Shown here in pieces: positions 38,945 to 53,439 of a stretch of DNA of 64,000 nt. Both the position numbers and the translations under genes were made by a program. Source of the DNA: Sphagnum compactum (taxonomy: Eukaryota); the NCBI GenBank assembly GCA_965153455.1, contig OZ234493.1, positions 21,380,213 to 21,444,212 on the forward strand, in the 5' to 3' direction. The notes beneath the pieces are model-generated. The model did not search any database. It was not told where the DNA came from and saw only the letters and a list, made by a program, of their open reading frames with translations. Positions within the stretch are counted from its first letter, which is position 1, and each line of letters begins with the position of its first letter.

Positions 38945-40253
38945 CGTGGACGAAGATTCTCGCGCGCGATGTTTTGGTATCTGCGTTTGTTGCTGCTAAG
39001 TTACAAGCGATCTCCTCTACTCGATATGCCGGCCACCATGTTGGTAGGCAAGAACGAGCGAAGCTCAAAGGGCAGGCAAGAAGGGTGGTAAGTAAGATGA
39101 AGATGTCAGTAGAAATTCGCTCGCTGGGGGTGCTGCCCTTGCCCCCGCTGGAAGTGTCTCACCTCTGCGCATCGGGAACAAAACAAATCCGAGAAATAGA
39201 TCGGGTATGTAGTTTTGGAGCGTACTATTCTTCTACTTATAAGAAATTCCAGAGACTCAGCGATCGATACTACACATGAAGAAGAAGAAGAAGAAGAAAG
39301 ATAGATGGATCGTGGTGTTGATCCTTCACATTTAGTAGAAACCATGACTCTCTGATGACATGCATGCAAGTTGATTCAGCAAGGAGGCAGTCCGGTTTGT
39401 CATCGAAGCCTCCTTGGTTTTCCAGCTTCTTTCAAGAGGCGAGTTCAGACCATTAAACAGCAAAGTGACCATTTCTTGCTGCTGGTCCGGTGCCTGGAGA
39501 CTACAGTGAAGGTTTCGGTATGACGATTGAACATGTTGGAAATATAGTTGATGAGGAGGAGCCAGAAATCCCTGGTGCTTAAAACTGTCTTACAAACAAC
39601 TAGACTGTCACAAGTTGTCAAGGAACTCTGGCCACCGCAGCCGCTTTGTGTAAATAGCTGCTTAGTTTTTTGTCATCTTGCATCTGCAAATATTTGTGGA
39701 ATTGCCAAAATGTTCTAAGTACCACATTTGTGGTGAAGATTCATAAGATAACAGTAGAAGCAGTTTCAATGTTTGAACACAAATGGTGCAGTCCTGCATC
39801 AATGCTGTAGACATGGTATCAAGTCTGCCACTTTGGATGTAATTGTCAACTCAGATAAAGAAGAAGAAGTAAAGGACCGAATCCACAGTAAGTGTGAGAT
39901 TCCAATGTTATGAGATGGACATAGACTGATGCAGATTCACTGATGGAACTGTTGTTGACAAATAATTGTCCCCATGAAAACCTTTGTGGACACTGAAATT
40001 GATTTCTTCCAAAGACTAAGCTCTGTTCCAAGTACCAACCTAAGTACTACTCTGTTCCACTGCTAATGGGCATTTGCTAACTGAGCTTGGATAGTTAACT
40101 TCTCTATGGTTTTTTCTCACTCAGATATCAGGTTCAGGTTTCAGCTGTCTACAGTAGCATAGCTCAGAGTCTAGTTGTTGAGTGATGCACACCACCATGC
40201 CACTTCCATCAACACTCCAGGAATGGAACAAAACAAACAGTGCATCATCATTG

Positions 40254-40564
40254 CAGTGTATCATCATTGTGCATGATGATGCTTTGTCAACAACAAAGTG
40301 CATTGAATTTCCACATGATCAAGGGAATATGAATTCAGGAAGCTATTCTGAATTTCACACTGAGCTTTATCAACTTGTTGCTTGTCACCTCCCACATACT
40401 GTATTGGATTTTCAACACCAATACAGTGCATCATCATTGTGCATGATGATGCTTTGTCAACAACAAAGCGCATTGAATTTCTACATGATCCGGGGAATAG
40501 GAATTCAGGAAGCTATTCTGCATTTCACACTGAGCTTTATCAACTTGTTGCTTGTCACCTCCCA
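40254..40564 (+). repeat. Recent tandem duplication, 170 bp period
   Basis: cagtgYatcatcattgtgcatgatgatgc...cttgtcacctccca at 40254-40394 and 40424-40564, with few mismatches. Confidence 0.92.
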
Positions 40565-40867
40565 ACTATCAGAATCGAACCTTATGTAGTGTCTCTGGTT
40601 TTTTGCCATCATCCAGATACTGGTGGCAATTTTTCTGAGGCAAGAGTCAATTCCTGCAAAACAGAATCATGTTCACAATCAGTATCTCTTCCTCCCACAC
40701 AATTCAAGACACAAGCAAGGCAGTGTGCAATACAAAAAGATGTATAGAACCACAGACTGGTTTTGCACCAGTCCCATTCACAAGTCTGAAAGAATCAGCC
40801 ATGTCAACTGACGACAGTTAGCAAACCTCTTGAAACGTTATTAGGGAAAGTTGTAGCAGCAGGTCAC

Positions 40868-43380
40868 CTTCTCCTTGTGCTTGAAAAGAGTCTCCATCTT
40901 CTCAATGTACTTATCAGTAAGTTTCAGAAACATTGGTGGATAGACAAAGAATTCAAGGTATAGTCTAATTTTGGGCATGAAACAAACCTATTTTCTTAAC
41001 CACCTCAGAACACTCAATACGCATAATAGATTGTATAAATGATGATTGGAATGTATCTAGTGCAACTCTGTGTCACTAGCATGACCATCCTCAAACCAAA
41101 TTACATATAATTTACTTAATCCTCATTGAATATTAATATGAAAAAGCTTGGTAATCGTACCTGGATATCCTCAGACAAGTCCTTCACATTGTCAGCAGAG
41201 AGCTTCTTTTCCTATTGACGACAATTCTGTCATGTTCATGGAAGAGTACTGGGCATGTATATCCAACAACATGGTCCTGTGGTGCAAGCAGCATGTCTGT
41301 AAGCTCGCCACAAATGAATTATCAAAGAAGCTAGCTACCCAACAAATAGAAGCCAGCACAAAAGTATGTGCACTGATGCAGTGCAAACTGGCAGAAAAAT
41401 GACAGAGAAGCAAAACAACCTTTTCAAGTTTGTCATATACTTTGATTGCATCTCCTCACATTTGACAATGCCCCACCTGCCATCCCATTACTCCCAAATT
41501 TCCACAACTCAGGAAATTCAACAGAGAGTAACATAAGGATCTTTCAGATGAGGAGAGTGGTTATCCATCCATGCTAAACAGTGGCACAGTCCTTCACACA
41601 TGTAACAGATATTCAATATTCTTTACTGTTTCCTGCATTGTGATATACAACCTAAAGAGGACAAGACTCACCAGTTTCAGGTTGCAAAATCTGTTCACAG
41701 CATTTTGATGCTCCAATCAATTGAAGCATCAGCAGCCCACAGTAAGTGTATATTCCTTGCACAGAAGCTATTGGATCATTTACCATGGCAGTGCATCAAA
41801 TGGTCCCAACAAAGAAACTACTTTGTCCCGGAAGGCAGCAAACCTTGCCATCTTCTGTAAGTTTTGAGACCAGTTTCAAAAGTTCCTGCAAAATAGAAAT
41901 CATGCAGCCTTAATGGCAGTTCCCAACAATTCATATGGCCCCCAATTCAACCTGCATTGCATACTGTGCAGCAGATTATAAACTGCCTGCTTCCATGATC
42001 CATCAAAGGGTTATTCCATCTGGGTTACAATAGTGTACAGTTGGTTATCTAGCATCTACACCTGAGTGTGTGAAACTCATCACAAAACACTTTCATTTAT
42101 TTCCTCCTCAAATGTTCTATCGACAACATGTCCATTCCTTCTGAGTCTAAAATGATTATCTGCACAGAAAGATTAGCACTTCATTGTGCTGTGAAGAAAA
42201 ACAAACATTCCTCCTATCTGCACTGAGTTGTCGGACATTGAGTCTGATCACATTTCCATCATTGCTTGGTGTGAGGCCCAAGTCAGACTTCATAAGAGCT
42301 TTCTCTATTGCTGCAAGACTGCATAACAAAGACTCCAAACACTCAAAAAAAGCACAGAAATCTCAAACCATCCAAAGATGGAGTACACTACTCTATTACA
42401 TTTCATCTCCAGATTCACTCATCTCTGTGTACCAATTTGTCTCATTATCTATTCTAAAATATATGCTTCTGTGTCCATGAAAACGTTGCTAAACCCAGCA
42501 TAGATGCCAGGGAAAGTCCTTCAAGCCAGAGTGCCTCTTCCGTGGAGATCAGAGAGCTCATAACAGGAAGACAAAGTCACCTTGATTTGTGAAAGGGTTG
42601 GATGAGGAGTGTGCTACTATCTGGTGTGCTGACTTGGGCAATGCTTTTGAGGATGACCAGAATGCCATAGTATTCCACCTTCCAATTGGCAAAAGAACTC
42701 AATCCCTCAAAAACCTGTGACCAGTATTATTGTGCTTCTGGTCTGAAACAGAAAATGGAATTTTCATAAAAAATCATGTGAGTTCCAACACACCTCAACA
42801 TGGTCCAACAATGAAGGGCTTGCTCTGCCTGTGCACACAGTATTAAAATTTGATCTTGTAACCTCCCATGTCTTCTCCATCCTCTCCGTCTATGATCTCA
42901 AACCTAGTGCATATTAGTGTTAATCCCAACAGAGGTCATGGCTCTCAGTACATCTATCAAGGCGTGTTTGCGTTGTGTGCAAGCCAAAAAACATTAGGAA
43001 AATTGGGAACTTCTCAAGGCTTACAATCGAAGTTCACTTTGAATAGAAATCATGAGATGATGACATGATAAACCATGCCTAAGAAAGCCAGAAAGCAATC
43101 ATCAATTTCCACAAGATCTATCGTTGAGTGAAAGAAGATTCACTGCACCTAGTTCAATCATGTCCTTCTCTGCTTCAACATCTTCAGTACTTGCTCCACA
43201 GATAAGAAGAGACTTGCTAATATCATGCAAACACTGACATATGCCAAATATTGAAGAAGTAGCAAATCTATCGTACCTTTCAGATCTTTGGGAGTCCTTG
43301 ATGCTCAAAGGGAAAAGAATGGAAACTGGATTCCTTCCAAGCTCAGATGTCTTTGAGTCAATGTGGAGACACCATGGCAT
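40868..43380 (-). pseudogene. RRF: Plastid ribosome recycling factor (RRF) pseudogene, intron-containing
   Basis: Eight exons in order: ..EDVEAEKDMIELGA | TERMEKTWEVTRSNFNTVCTGRASPSLLDHVE | VEYYG..LKSIAQVSTPDSSTLLIQPFHKS | [28 protein letters not shown] | ELLKLVSKLTEDGK | exon ~41420-41476 with shifted frame and TGA | EKKLSADNVKDLSEDIQ | KLTDKYIEKMETLFKHKEK (acceptor mutated to CTG). Confidence 0.88.
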
Positions 43381-46300
43381 TCTCCCCTAGACACCATTTG
43401 CAATGTGCTTGCCATGGCTGCTGGTTGGCCACTACCTACATTTTATGCCTTTCCATAAACTTAGTAACATAATTCTGTGTGTCTCAGATATTGAGTCTCT
43501 CAACATAGATCTCATCCTTTTTGTAGGATTGAACAGAAATAATCATTCAAGATGGTTGTCGAAAATGCACAATAAGTTTCCAACTGATGAAATTATGCTG
43601 CCACCACCATGAAGCAACAAGACAAAAAGGCAGAGAAACCAAATCAATAATGACACCTGACTCTTGTATTGTGACAAATGATTCTATTTCATGAGACATG
43701 CAACCTTGAGGCATGCAACCTTGCAATGTGCAATGAAAATTTTACAACAAAAATCTTCCCTTCCTACTGTTAGAACATTTGTATTTCTCCCTAATGCATA
43801 ATTCTTGGCTATTTCCTTTTGCTTGCCATTGTCTGTAGCAAAGACAACTGCAATTGCAAAAATACTCCACTAAAATCCTTGTTGTAATCTGCACTTTGAC
43901 AATGCAGATTACAACAAAAAAAGAAGGCTTCCCTCCCTACTCTTAAAATTCTAAACCCCTAATTATTGGCTACTTCCTTTCACCTGTCATTGTCTTTTAG
44001 CAAGGGAGATATTCCCCTAAAATCCTTTGATTAAAGGATCTTACTATTTTGCAACATGAATGTGCAACACAAAACACAAAAAACCCTAATACCAAATGGA
44101 TTCCATCTTCTACCACCAACAAGCTTGTCTTGAGATTCCCTATCTTTTCACCCTTACTATGACCACAAGTGCATCTTCCTTCTAAAGATGCACATCTTCA
44201 CTAATAGTAATGATTGAGTCAACATCATCTCAACAATCTCCTTTCCACCAAATGTCAAGCTGGGAAATCTCTTTTAAGTTCCAACTTTCTCAACAATCAA
44301 ACCATTGCAAATTTACAACCAACATCTAACAAATAGATCTGCAACAAATAAACAATGGGCCTTGAAAAATCACAAATGTTGGGTTATTCTATTTCATGCT
44401 TCAAGCCCAAATGGAAGAATCCGGCTAGAAACACAAAGAAAGAAGAAAAAATCAGAGTAATATCGATGATGACATGGTGACTTTTAAGCAAATCCATCCT
44501 TGGGCGGTATCACTAAGAATGTTACACCCCAAAATTTTGAAATGCACCCAACTTCAAACTTTATTTATTTATTTATTTGTTTATTCAAAATAACATAAGA
44601 ATCACATAAGGAAAAAATTTCATTTGAAATTTTATTTCAAAAGATTACCTTTGGTCATGTAAAACTAGAAAATTCAATTGAATTTGAAAAATCAACTCTA
44701 ATATTTCAAATGAGTGGTTAAAAAAAGTTTCAAGAAATTGACATTTGGAGTTCCTTTGTTCAAAAATTTTAAAGGATTTTTTTTTATTGCATTTAATTTT
44801 AGGAAGTCTCAAATAGTTCTTTTTATTTGTTTAATAAATAGTGGATTGAGTCAACCATATTTTTTTGAATAATATTTTAAGGTCAAGATTAAAAGGTTTT
44901 GAAAGGTCATTGCATTCATGCTTACAAATTTGTAATAATTCTCTTTTTTTTTTCAATCAAAAAATTTTGTCATATTTTAGTGACTATAATTGATAAATCA
45001 AAAATAATAATAATAATAATGGTGCAACTTAACATTTAATGATAAGAAATTAAAAATCTTAAGAACACATGCCAAAAACATTTTAGGAACATAAATCTTT
45101 TATTTGTGTAACTTATGTAAATGTTTACAATATTTTCATAATGCATACATAGATTGGGAACACAAAGCCCATGTGATAAGGCAATAGTAAAAATCACAAT
45201 TTAAAAAATTAAATTATTTAATTAAATTTAAATGGGTCCACCTTTCCTTGAATTTTGGCAAGGTGATTCCTAATGGTACCACCCAAGCATGGGTTTGCCC
45301 TCCTATCATGGTTGTTTTCATCTTGAAAACACAAAGGATGTAATTCAAACAATTCCAATATTGCAAAAACACACACCATCACCCATCCTACCATCTCTCT
45401 TGTTTTTTTTTGGTACACACCCACATGCAAATCTATCTCTAATTTTCAAGGATTTTCTAATCCCCAAACAAGATCACATATTGGTTTTGAGTAGAAACAA
45501 AAGCCACGAAGAAGGCAATTCAAACCTATATTGTTTTTGTGGATGGAATCTTGAATCAATCTAAGTTTATGTGTTGCATTGATTCATCAAAAACCCAAAA
45601 CAAGGTTATAACAAAACTATCATAGTTGTTGTTGACCTAATTTACATACATAATTGAAACTTTATGCAAAAATTGTCTTTTGTTTCTTGTGACTCCCTTA
45701 AAATCATTGGACTTAATGAACTTCACAATTTTCTTATTCCCAAAACACAATTGTCTCTTCAAATTATAAATAGATCAACCATTTTTTGGAAGCACACCAT
45801 TGTTTTATGATTATTGAAGACAAGCTGCATTTTTTAAGGTTATGTTTGCATCAAGCTATTGTTGAACCAAATCAATACCATGAGCAACAAATTGAAATGA
45901 GGGCAAATTGATGGTTGTGCAACTTTGGTACCATAATACATGAAGGAAAACCCTTGAATTAAGATGTAGTATTTACATTATAGGATGTGACAACAACACA
46001 ATAAGGTGAACATGAAACGAAAAACAAATTGGATACCATATGTTACTTAAAGTTCAAGGAAGAAAAAAATGTTCATGGTGGGGCCCACATGTTTTCCAAG
46101 GGGTATCAATAAGTTTCTTTCGACGTATTACATGTCTCCATAACAATGTATTAGAGATGTTTCATAAATCTTGGACACAACATGCATATGAATATTTGAA
46201 AGCAGTAGGTGTTACCATCATCTTCAACTAGTGCCCTCATTTAACAATTTCCTCTAAAAAATTGGGTTAGATTTGCACAAGTTCTATGTAAATTTTTTGC

Positions 46301-47917
46301 TACATGTTTAGAATTTTGCTACATTTTGCTAATAAGGATCTCTCAAAGACTTACACAACTATGAATTGATCATAGAAAATTAAGACTCTTCAATCTATCA
46401 AATGAACAAATTTACAAAAAGGTTCAAAGATTTTAACAATTTGTGGCACATTTTCCAAGGTTTGTTATTAGTCCTTAGTATTGTTGTGATGATTAGATTC
46501 TCCATTTGTGCTTGGCAACTTCCTTTTTAACTTGGTTTTAGCAAAAAAATGTTTGCAATATCAAGAACTAAGAATGTTCTTGTTTGAATCGGCTTGATTC
46601 TACTATGTGAGTTGAAATCATGTCTAGTATTGGGTTCAATTACATATAAAGTTGCTTCTATGACCTTAACAAAGTCTCTACACATGGATTTTCCTCGGAG
46701 GAAAGAATAGGAGAAAGCAAATTGGAAATCATCTAGAGTTTTAGGTGGTGTGAAAGATAGGAATAACATGGATTTCTCAAAGGATTTGATCACAAATCCA
46801 AGATTTATGTTGGGATTTAATAATGGCTAACAATCCTTATGTTACTCACTCTCCATATACAACATGCCTCCTCTTTGTGACCTACCTCTTCATGGCCACC
46901 AAGTTTATTGTGTTATTCACAATCACACACAAGCATGGAAAGAAATTTCCCAAGAGTTTACTAGAAAAATCAAGGTAATGTTAACTATCTTGAATATGAA
47001 AAGACAACATCATACTTATGCTTGTTTATGGCATTGAAATGTCCATTATAGGCATTAACATGCATTTCATCCTACATCAACATATGTGAATGTTGTTCCT
47101 GCAAATAGACTTCAACCAAAGGTTTTTATAATTGTGTTAGCCTAATCTAATGTCTGTTTCTTAGTGTCTTTTTCACAAACTATATACACTTAATGACATA
47201 CTAAAAATGAGGTATATCAACCTTTAAAGCATATCCATTTCCTTTGCAAGTTGGGAAATACTAACCCATTGCTTTTCACTTATGATTCACCTTCAAGTTT
47301 TTCTTTTAAATCCTACTTTAGTACAAAGATTTTTTTTTGAATTCTATGGTGTGGATACAATTATATATCATTAATGGTATCCTATATATAAAAGCTAACA
47401 TGGTGTCTGTGTGTCACAAGACGTTCTGCGTTTTAACATTACGCCGGAACCGGCGGCAGTTAGGGCAGTTGGGAAACATCTTTGAAAAGCAAATTTTTAG
47501 AAATTGCCATGATGTCTCGGGGGGGGGCCAGCAGGGGGGGGTGGGCAGCACGGGGGGGGGGGGGGGGGGGGCCAGCACGGGCGGATTTAATTTGATTTTG
47601 GAAAAAATTGGATGCTTAGTGGCAATTTTTTTTTCTTTTTTTAAAAAATATTGTTAATGTGACAATTTTTGACATCCTTTTTTTTGTGGGAAAAAAACAC
47701 ATCTAAAACTGAAAAAGACAATTTTCCAAGTCTTTTCTCCTTTTTTTTGTGTGTGCAAAATAGCAAAATTTGCCACAAAAAAAAGGTCAGATTTTTGTGC
47801 CTAGCTTGGTTGGGCATCAAGGTGCCTAATAATAATAAAAAAATTTGGGACACTTATGTTTGGCAGTCAAAATAGTATTATTTTACAATTCAACATTTTA
47901 ATAATAGAGTTATAATT

Positions 47918-48069
47918 ATATGTCTTGAAGGATTTTGGTTTCTTTTAGAGGGATTTTTTGAAGATTAGGTATTGTTTTGCTATGGTGAAATAGATTTGAG
48001 TTTTCATAATTCTTCTTCTTTTGCCTTAAGATACTTTTAAATGTAAATGGAAAGGCCACCATGTGACAC
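47918..48069 (+). repeat. Dispersed ~150 bp repeat, copy 2
   Basis: Near-identical to 17790-17936. Confidence 0.85.
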
Positions 48070-51000
48070 CATGGAAAATGCGAAGGACGGGGGAGGGTCG
48101 ACGGGGTAAAGAACCGGAGTGGGCAATGGGAAGGACCGGGCGGGGGGGTGCTCAACGGGTGCATTATGCACCGGGTTCACACTAGTTGCATTAGAAAAGA
48201 ACATCATTTGGGCCAATGTTGGTATCCACTATGTACCTTCCTTTCTTTAGGGCAATTGGTTCATCACAAGGCACTTATAGTGGTTGTGGCAATTTCATTT
48301 TATGTTGTCTATGTGGTAACAACTTATAACTCCAAGTTTTTTAGTTTCTTGGGGTGCAAATGGGATATCATGAGCCACACATGCCCCCTTGTGTGAATGT
48401 TTATTAGGTGTTTATTCTAGAATTTTTTGAAATATTTTGAACAAAATTCTTTAAAAAAATCATCACACTATTATGTTATGGTTTATATCAAAATTTTGCT
48501 TAAAATATGTCATTGTCAAAAAAATTCAAATCCATTTACAAGTCCTTTTACTATTTAAAAACATTGGTTACAATGTTTTTAAAATGCTTTTGGGTATTTT
48601 TCATTCATTACATAAATTTCAAACTTTTATAATGTAGATACCAATACATTGAAAATAACATTTTGTGAAAATAATTCCATTTGAATTCTTTATTTTTTTT
48701 CTAAAATGTTAGATACACAAAACCAAGCATTAGTTACAATTGCTTGTGTACACGTTATTGTGATTGCACCCCTTGTTCATTTAATGTAGACATGAAGGTT
48801 TGGAATTGATCTGTTTATGGTTCATTCAGCATGTCTCTTGTTTAAGGACAAACATAAACTCCCATCCATGGTAAATCCAATGTTTTAAGGGCAATTTGTC
48901 GAGACATAACAATGATATAACTTGGAAAAGATTAAGAAATTTGATCCAAAAAAAATTTAACAATGAACAAAAACTAGAAAACTTTAGTATTTGAACAAAA
49001 CATGATGCAAGTTAAGCATGAAATGAAATAAGAGTACAAAGGCCACAACTTGCATTAGCAAGATTGAAGGGGTGCCCTTCAAACCTTTTCTTATATTATC
49101 TAATGGGACCTTTTAAAATATCATCTATTTTGTGGAAAATTTCACCAACTAAACTTCTAATAAGTTTTTACCTAATAGCATCTTAAAAAATTCACTAATA
49201 GCATCTTTTAGAAGAAGTTTAATTTAACTACATATTTTATTAACTTTTTTCAATTATTCTTTATGAAAAGTTTTTTAAAAAAATTTAAGGATATTTCTTT
49301 AACAATTTAAGCATATTTCTTGAAGATCTTTCTAAAAACTTTTTAAAACTTCCAAACATATTTTTCATGGATGCTCTTTTTGGAAACTTCTAAAAAAATT
49401 TAGACATATTTCTCAAAGATCTTTCTAAAAACTTTTACAAATTTCCACTATAGTTTATTTTCCATGACACAATTTCCCACATGCCAAGTGTTTACCAAAC
49501 AAAAGTTGTGACTACCATGTACTTACAAGAATAGATTACCACACACCCATTAATTGGAAATATTGTAAATCCACTCAAGTATTTAATGTCACAATAGTGT
49601 GATCTTAATGTGCACCCAATTAGTAGTTGTAAAATGGGACCATCCACACCATTTCAAGAGAAGTGAGAAAAAAAGGTGATTGCAAGGTTAAGTCATGGTG
49701 CCATTAAAAAATGTGGAAGAAGAAAAGGAGGTTTTCATTCACCAACATTGCATCCATTAATTTCTATTGGTGCACAACCAAAGGATAGTTTGCCTAATTT
49801 TAAATCTATCAATGGTGGCTTCCATCTAAGATGGCATTAAGATTATAAATTGAGAAGGAAAAAATAATTACAAGTCAATGCTATAAATATGAAGGGCCCC
49901 AACACATCCCCAACAACTCTGAATTTTTTTAAAAAGAAACACCAAAATAGGTTGTTCATGTCATTGAACATGAATTGGCTCTTGCAAAAACAAGAATATG
50001 GGGAAAATTTTAATGGAAAAAACGAGGGGTACCAACCAAGTAATGGGTGATGGGTATAATGCAAGTTTTGGGCAAATGGAAAAGGCCATGTGAGTGAACT
50101 AGCCAGATCACAACTTGTGAAATTCAATGTGTAAACATGCATAAACATCCTTGGGGGGACCCACTAGTAATGTCACCCTAGGCATTCATTTTATTGGACC
50201 TATCAAAAATTTAAAAATCATAAGAAACAATTATATGAAAGGTTTTGTTAGAATTTTTTTGTGATTACATTAACTAGGTTGTATAGAAAAAATCTTTAAT
50301 TAAATTTTAAAAAATTGTATTTTGATGTTCTTAATTATTGTAGTTAGAAAAAGTTTCAAGAATGTCATAGGGTTTCCATTTCTTGAACTTTTTGGTTAGG
50401 AACACGAGTTTGAAACATGTTTTGGTTTTTTTATTTTGAGATAATTTTGATAGGTCCCTTAGAAGGCATTCTATTTGAATATATGATTTATTGAATAGGT
50501 ATAATTTCATTATGAATTTCTAAAGTTTAAGAGGATTTTTAAAAAGGCCATTGCAATTAAGAAATAAATTTTTTAATAATTCTCACTTTTTAAATCTTAT
50601 TGATCATTTAAGATCATATATCTTGGCATGCAATGGATAAACATTAGAAAAAATAAATTTATGACTATGACAACATTTTTTTAAAAAAGACTAAAAATAT
50701 TATATTGACAATTTTCCTAGTTTTACCATTCCTTGAAGTGGTTCCTAATGGGTCCACCCAAGGATGCTTATAACCATACATAGTTTTGTTGTTTACTTTG
50801 CAATGATTGTACAATATTTGGTTAAACATCAAGTTGTTGGCCACATTTACATTGAATGCCCAAGATGAGGATTGAGAATTTTAACATGGATGTGACAATG
50901 CATCTAAATAGCCATATTTCAAGAAACTTATGGCATAAAGGTTAATAGAAATATAGAATGCCATGTGTTCATGTTTTATGACCATTGTCAAGAATGCACA

Positions 51001-53439
51001 TGGCAGCATACAACATATTGTGCACCTTGGAGATAGTTGAGAAGTGAAGATCATGGGACATATGTATAAGAATTTTTTTTTAACAAGCTTTACAAATTCA
51101 TTTTCAACCTCATATGCAATGGGTGTGCAATATAATTTAAGAACTTAGGTGCTTCCACCTAGTTGAAGCCTAGATCTATCATATTTGGCCATTTTTTTCT
51201 TGTCACTTGCACAATTGGTTTTCTCTCTAAATCAACATACAAGCCCCAAGAAAACTATGCACATTTAGTGCAACGACAATCTCATAGTTGATAGCATTTA
51301 TTTTTGCTCTTGTTACCAATTAAGCAAAAATCATTAATTTTGGTCCTGTCTCCTTCATGATTTATAACCTTAAGATTAAAATAGGTTTTATTGGCTTTGC
51401 CCAAAGGGAAAATACTTCACATGCAAACTACAATTGAATTTGAAGGTGATAACTAGAAACCAACTAACACTCTCTAGTTTTTTTTTTTTTTTTTTATCAA
51501 ATTCATTTTGCATTCAAAATTGAATAATGATGTTACACATCCATTATTGTGCAAACTAAACTACCTTTTGAAATTATTTTACCTTATAATCAAGTTGAAC
51601 TCGTCATTAGGTGAAAGGTTTTTTTTTTTTAAATGATTTTCAATGCAAATTTATAAATAACAAAATTATAAGTTTTTTGAATTTTCTTTCATAATTGTTG
51701 TAGGTGGTGGTTTTTCAAATCAATTCTGGTGTCTAATTAGTGATATTGAAGGGGTTTTTTTTTCCATTAGCAATTCCAAGTTTGTCAACAATTTACGTTT
51801 TTTTTTTCTTGCTAGAATTTGTTGTTTTAATTGTGCTTGTGAATGGGCTGACTAAAAGTATTGAATTCTTAATCAACAAAGGGGCAAAATGTCAACCCTA
51901 CAAATGTATGCATACTTGTGTTTGGAGTTGATAGATTTCTTTTTATTTAACATATTTGTGTAGATTGTTATATGGTCTTGTGAATTACAAATCCATCAAA
52001 TAGTAATTGTGAGCAAAACACATTTGGGCTTATATCCAACACTTACTATCATTATACATGTTGTAATTGATGTGGACCATATGGTAGTCAACAACACTAG
52101 GTTGTTTTACTTTATATGTATGGCTTGTTAAAACCTTGGTTTGGAAATGCTTTCAATATTGTTTGTACTAGCTTGGACTACATTATCCAACATTGTGGAC
52201 ATGGGCAACAATGGATATTGGAGTGTGTAAGTGCTAAATGGTGCACCAAATCCACTTTTCAATGGTTAAAAAGAAAGCTAACTATGACACTTTATATTTG
52301 ATTACTATATTTAGAATCTCATCTTTATTAAAACCCAAGAAATTATGTCTTACTTGGCTTATAAAGATACATGTTGAGATCACATGTTCCTTGTTCACAT
52401 GCACAAGGAAAGTATCAAATAACAATTTGGCTTGGATTAAAGTATTTGTGAAAGAACTATTCACCAAAGATTTGACATATGAAGGATTGTAAGTATTTTC
52501 CTAATTATTGTTTGTCTTATTATTTTTGAACTAATGCAGACAAGTGGAGCTAAAGTTGGCATTTTCCAATGGATTATAGGTAGTTGAGCTACCCAAATAA
52601 GATTTGTAGATGGGGATTAAAGAATCGGTATGCAATTTGAGGTGAACAAGGAGACCACAAATTCAACATGAACCATGACAAAGAGGAAAAAACTTGAGAA
52701 TGTTTTATCTTTTTTTTTTCCAATAGGTGTGAAGTTGATATGTAGGTGTTGAAGATATAATAATCTTATGACCTATAAGAAACAATTTAGAAGTGGGTCA
52801 TACCTTTTACAAAAGCTAAAACATGCCAATGTGGTCTAATTTCTTGGAATTGTGATTTGAAATGCCATTGAATTTTCACCTAAATTGTGTTGTACCCATT
52901 GAAACCATTTCAACTAGACTTAAATATCATTTTTAGTTTTTTCATGAATGTTGAAATGTCACAAGGTACCTTATTTTTAAAAGGTAGGAGGAGGGAGAAA
53001 TTTGCAATCATTGAAAGACAATGTCATTGACATTGGAAGAGTTGATAGTTGGATCTTGCCAAACATTTAAAGGAAAAGATGCATCAAGACCTAAAAAAGG
53101 TAATAGTTTATGGTCGAGGGGGACATTAGTAATTTTTTAAAAAAAATTATGTGAATAGAAATTTAGGATGCAATTTATTGGTTGTTGGGTAAAAATTATA
53201 ATTTAATTAGTTAAAAAATAGGGTACATTTTATTCAAATAATCAGTTTAATTATAATATAGGGTATGTAATAATCTGAAATAATGGATTATAATTAATAT
53301 AGGGTGGTTTTAATATGTATATATTAAAATTTTAGATAATAATAGAGTGATAAAAAATAGGTTGGACAATTATTTAATAACCCCCTTAAAAATGGTCGTT
53401 TGATGCATGTAAATCCCAAACTTTACACTAAGTGTCCCC

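Noticed and set aside
38914-39582. 121-aa ORF and short downstream ORF-like text
   Set aside because: Non-ATG start overlapping telo-boxes and no recognisable homology; better explained as promoter DNA.
44500-53100. Probable ancient transposon debris with short ORFs
   Set aside because: No diagnostic motif could be read, so no family was assigned.
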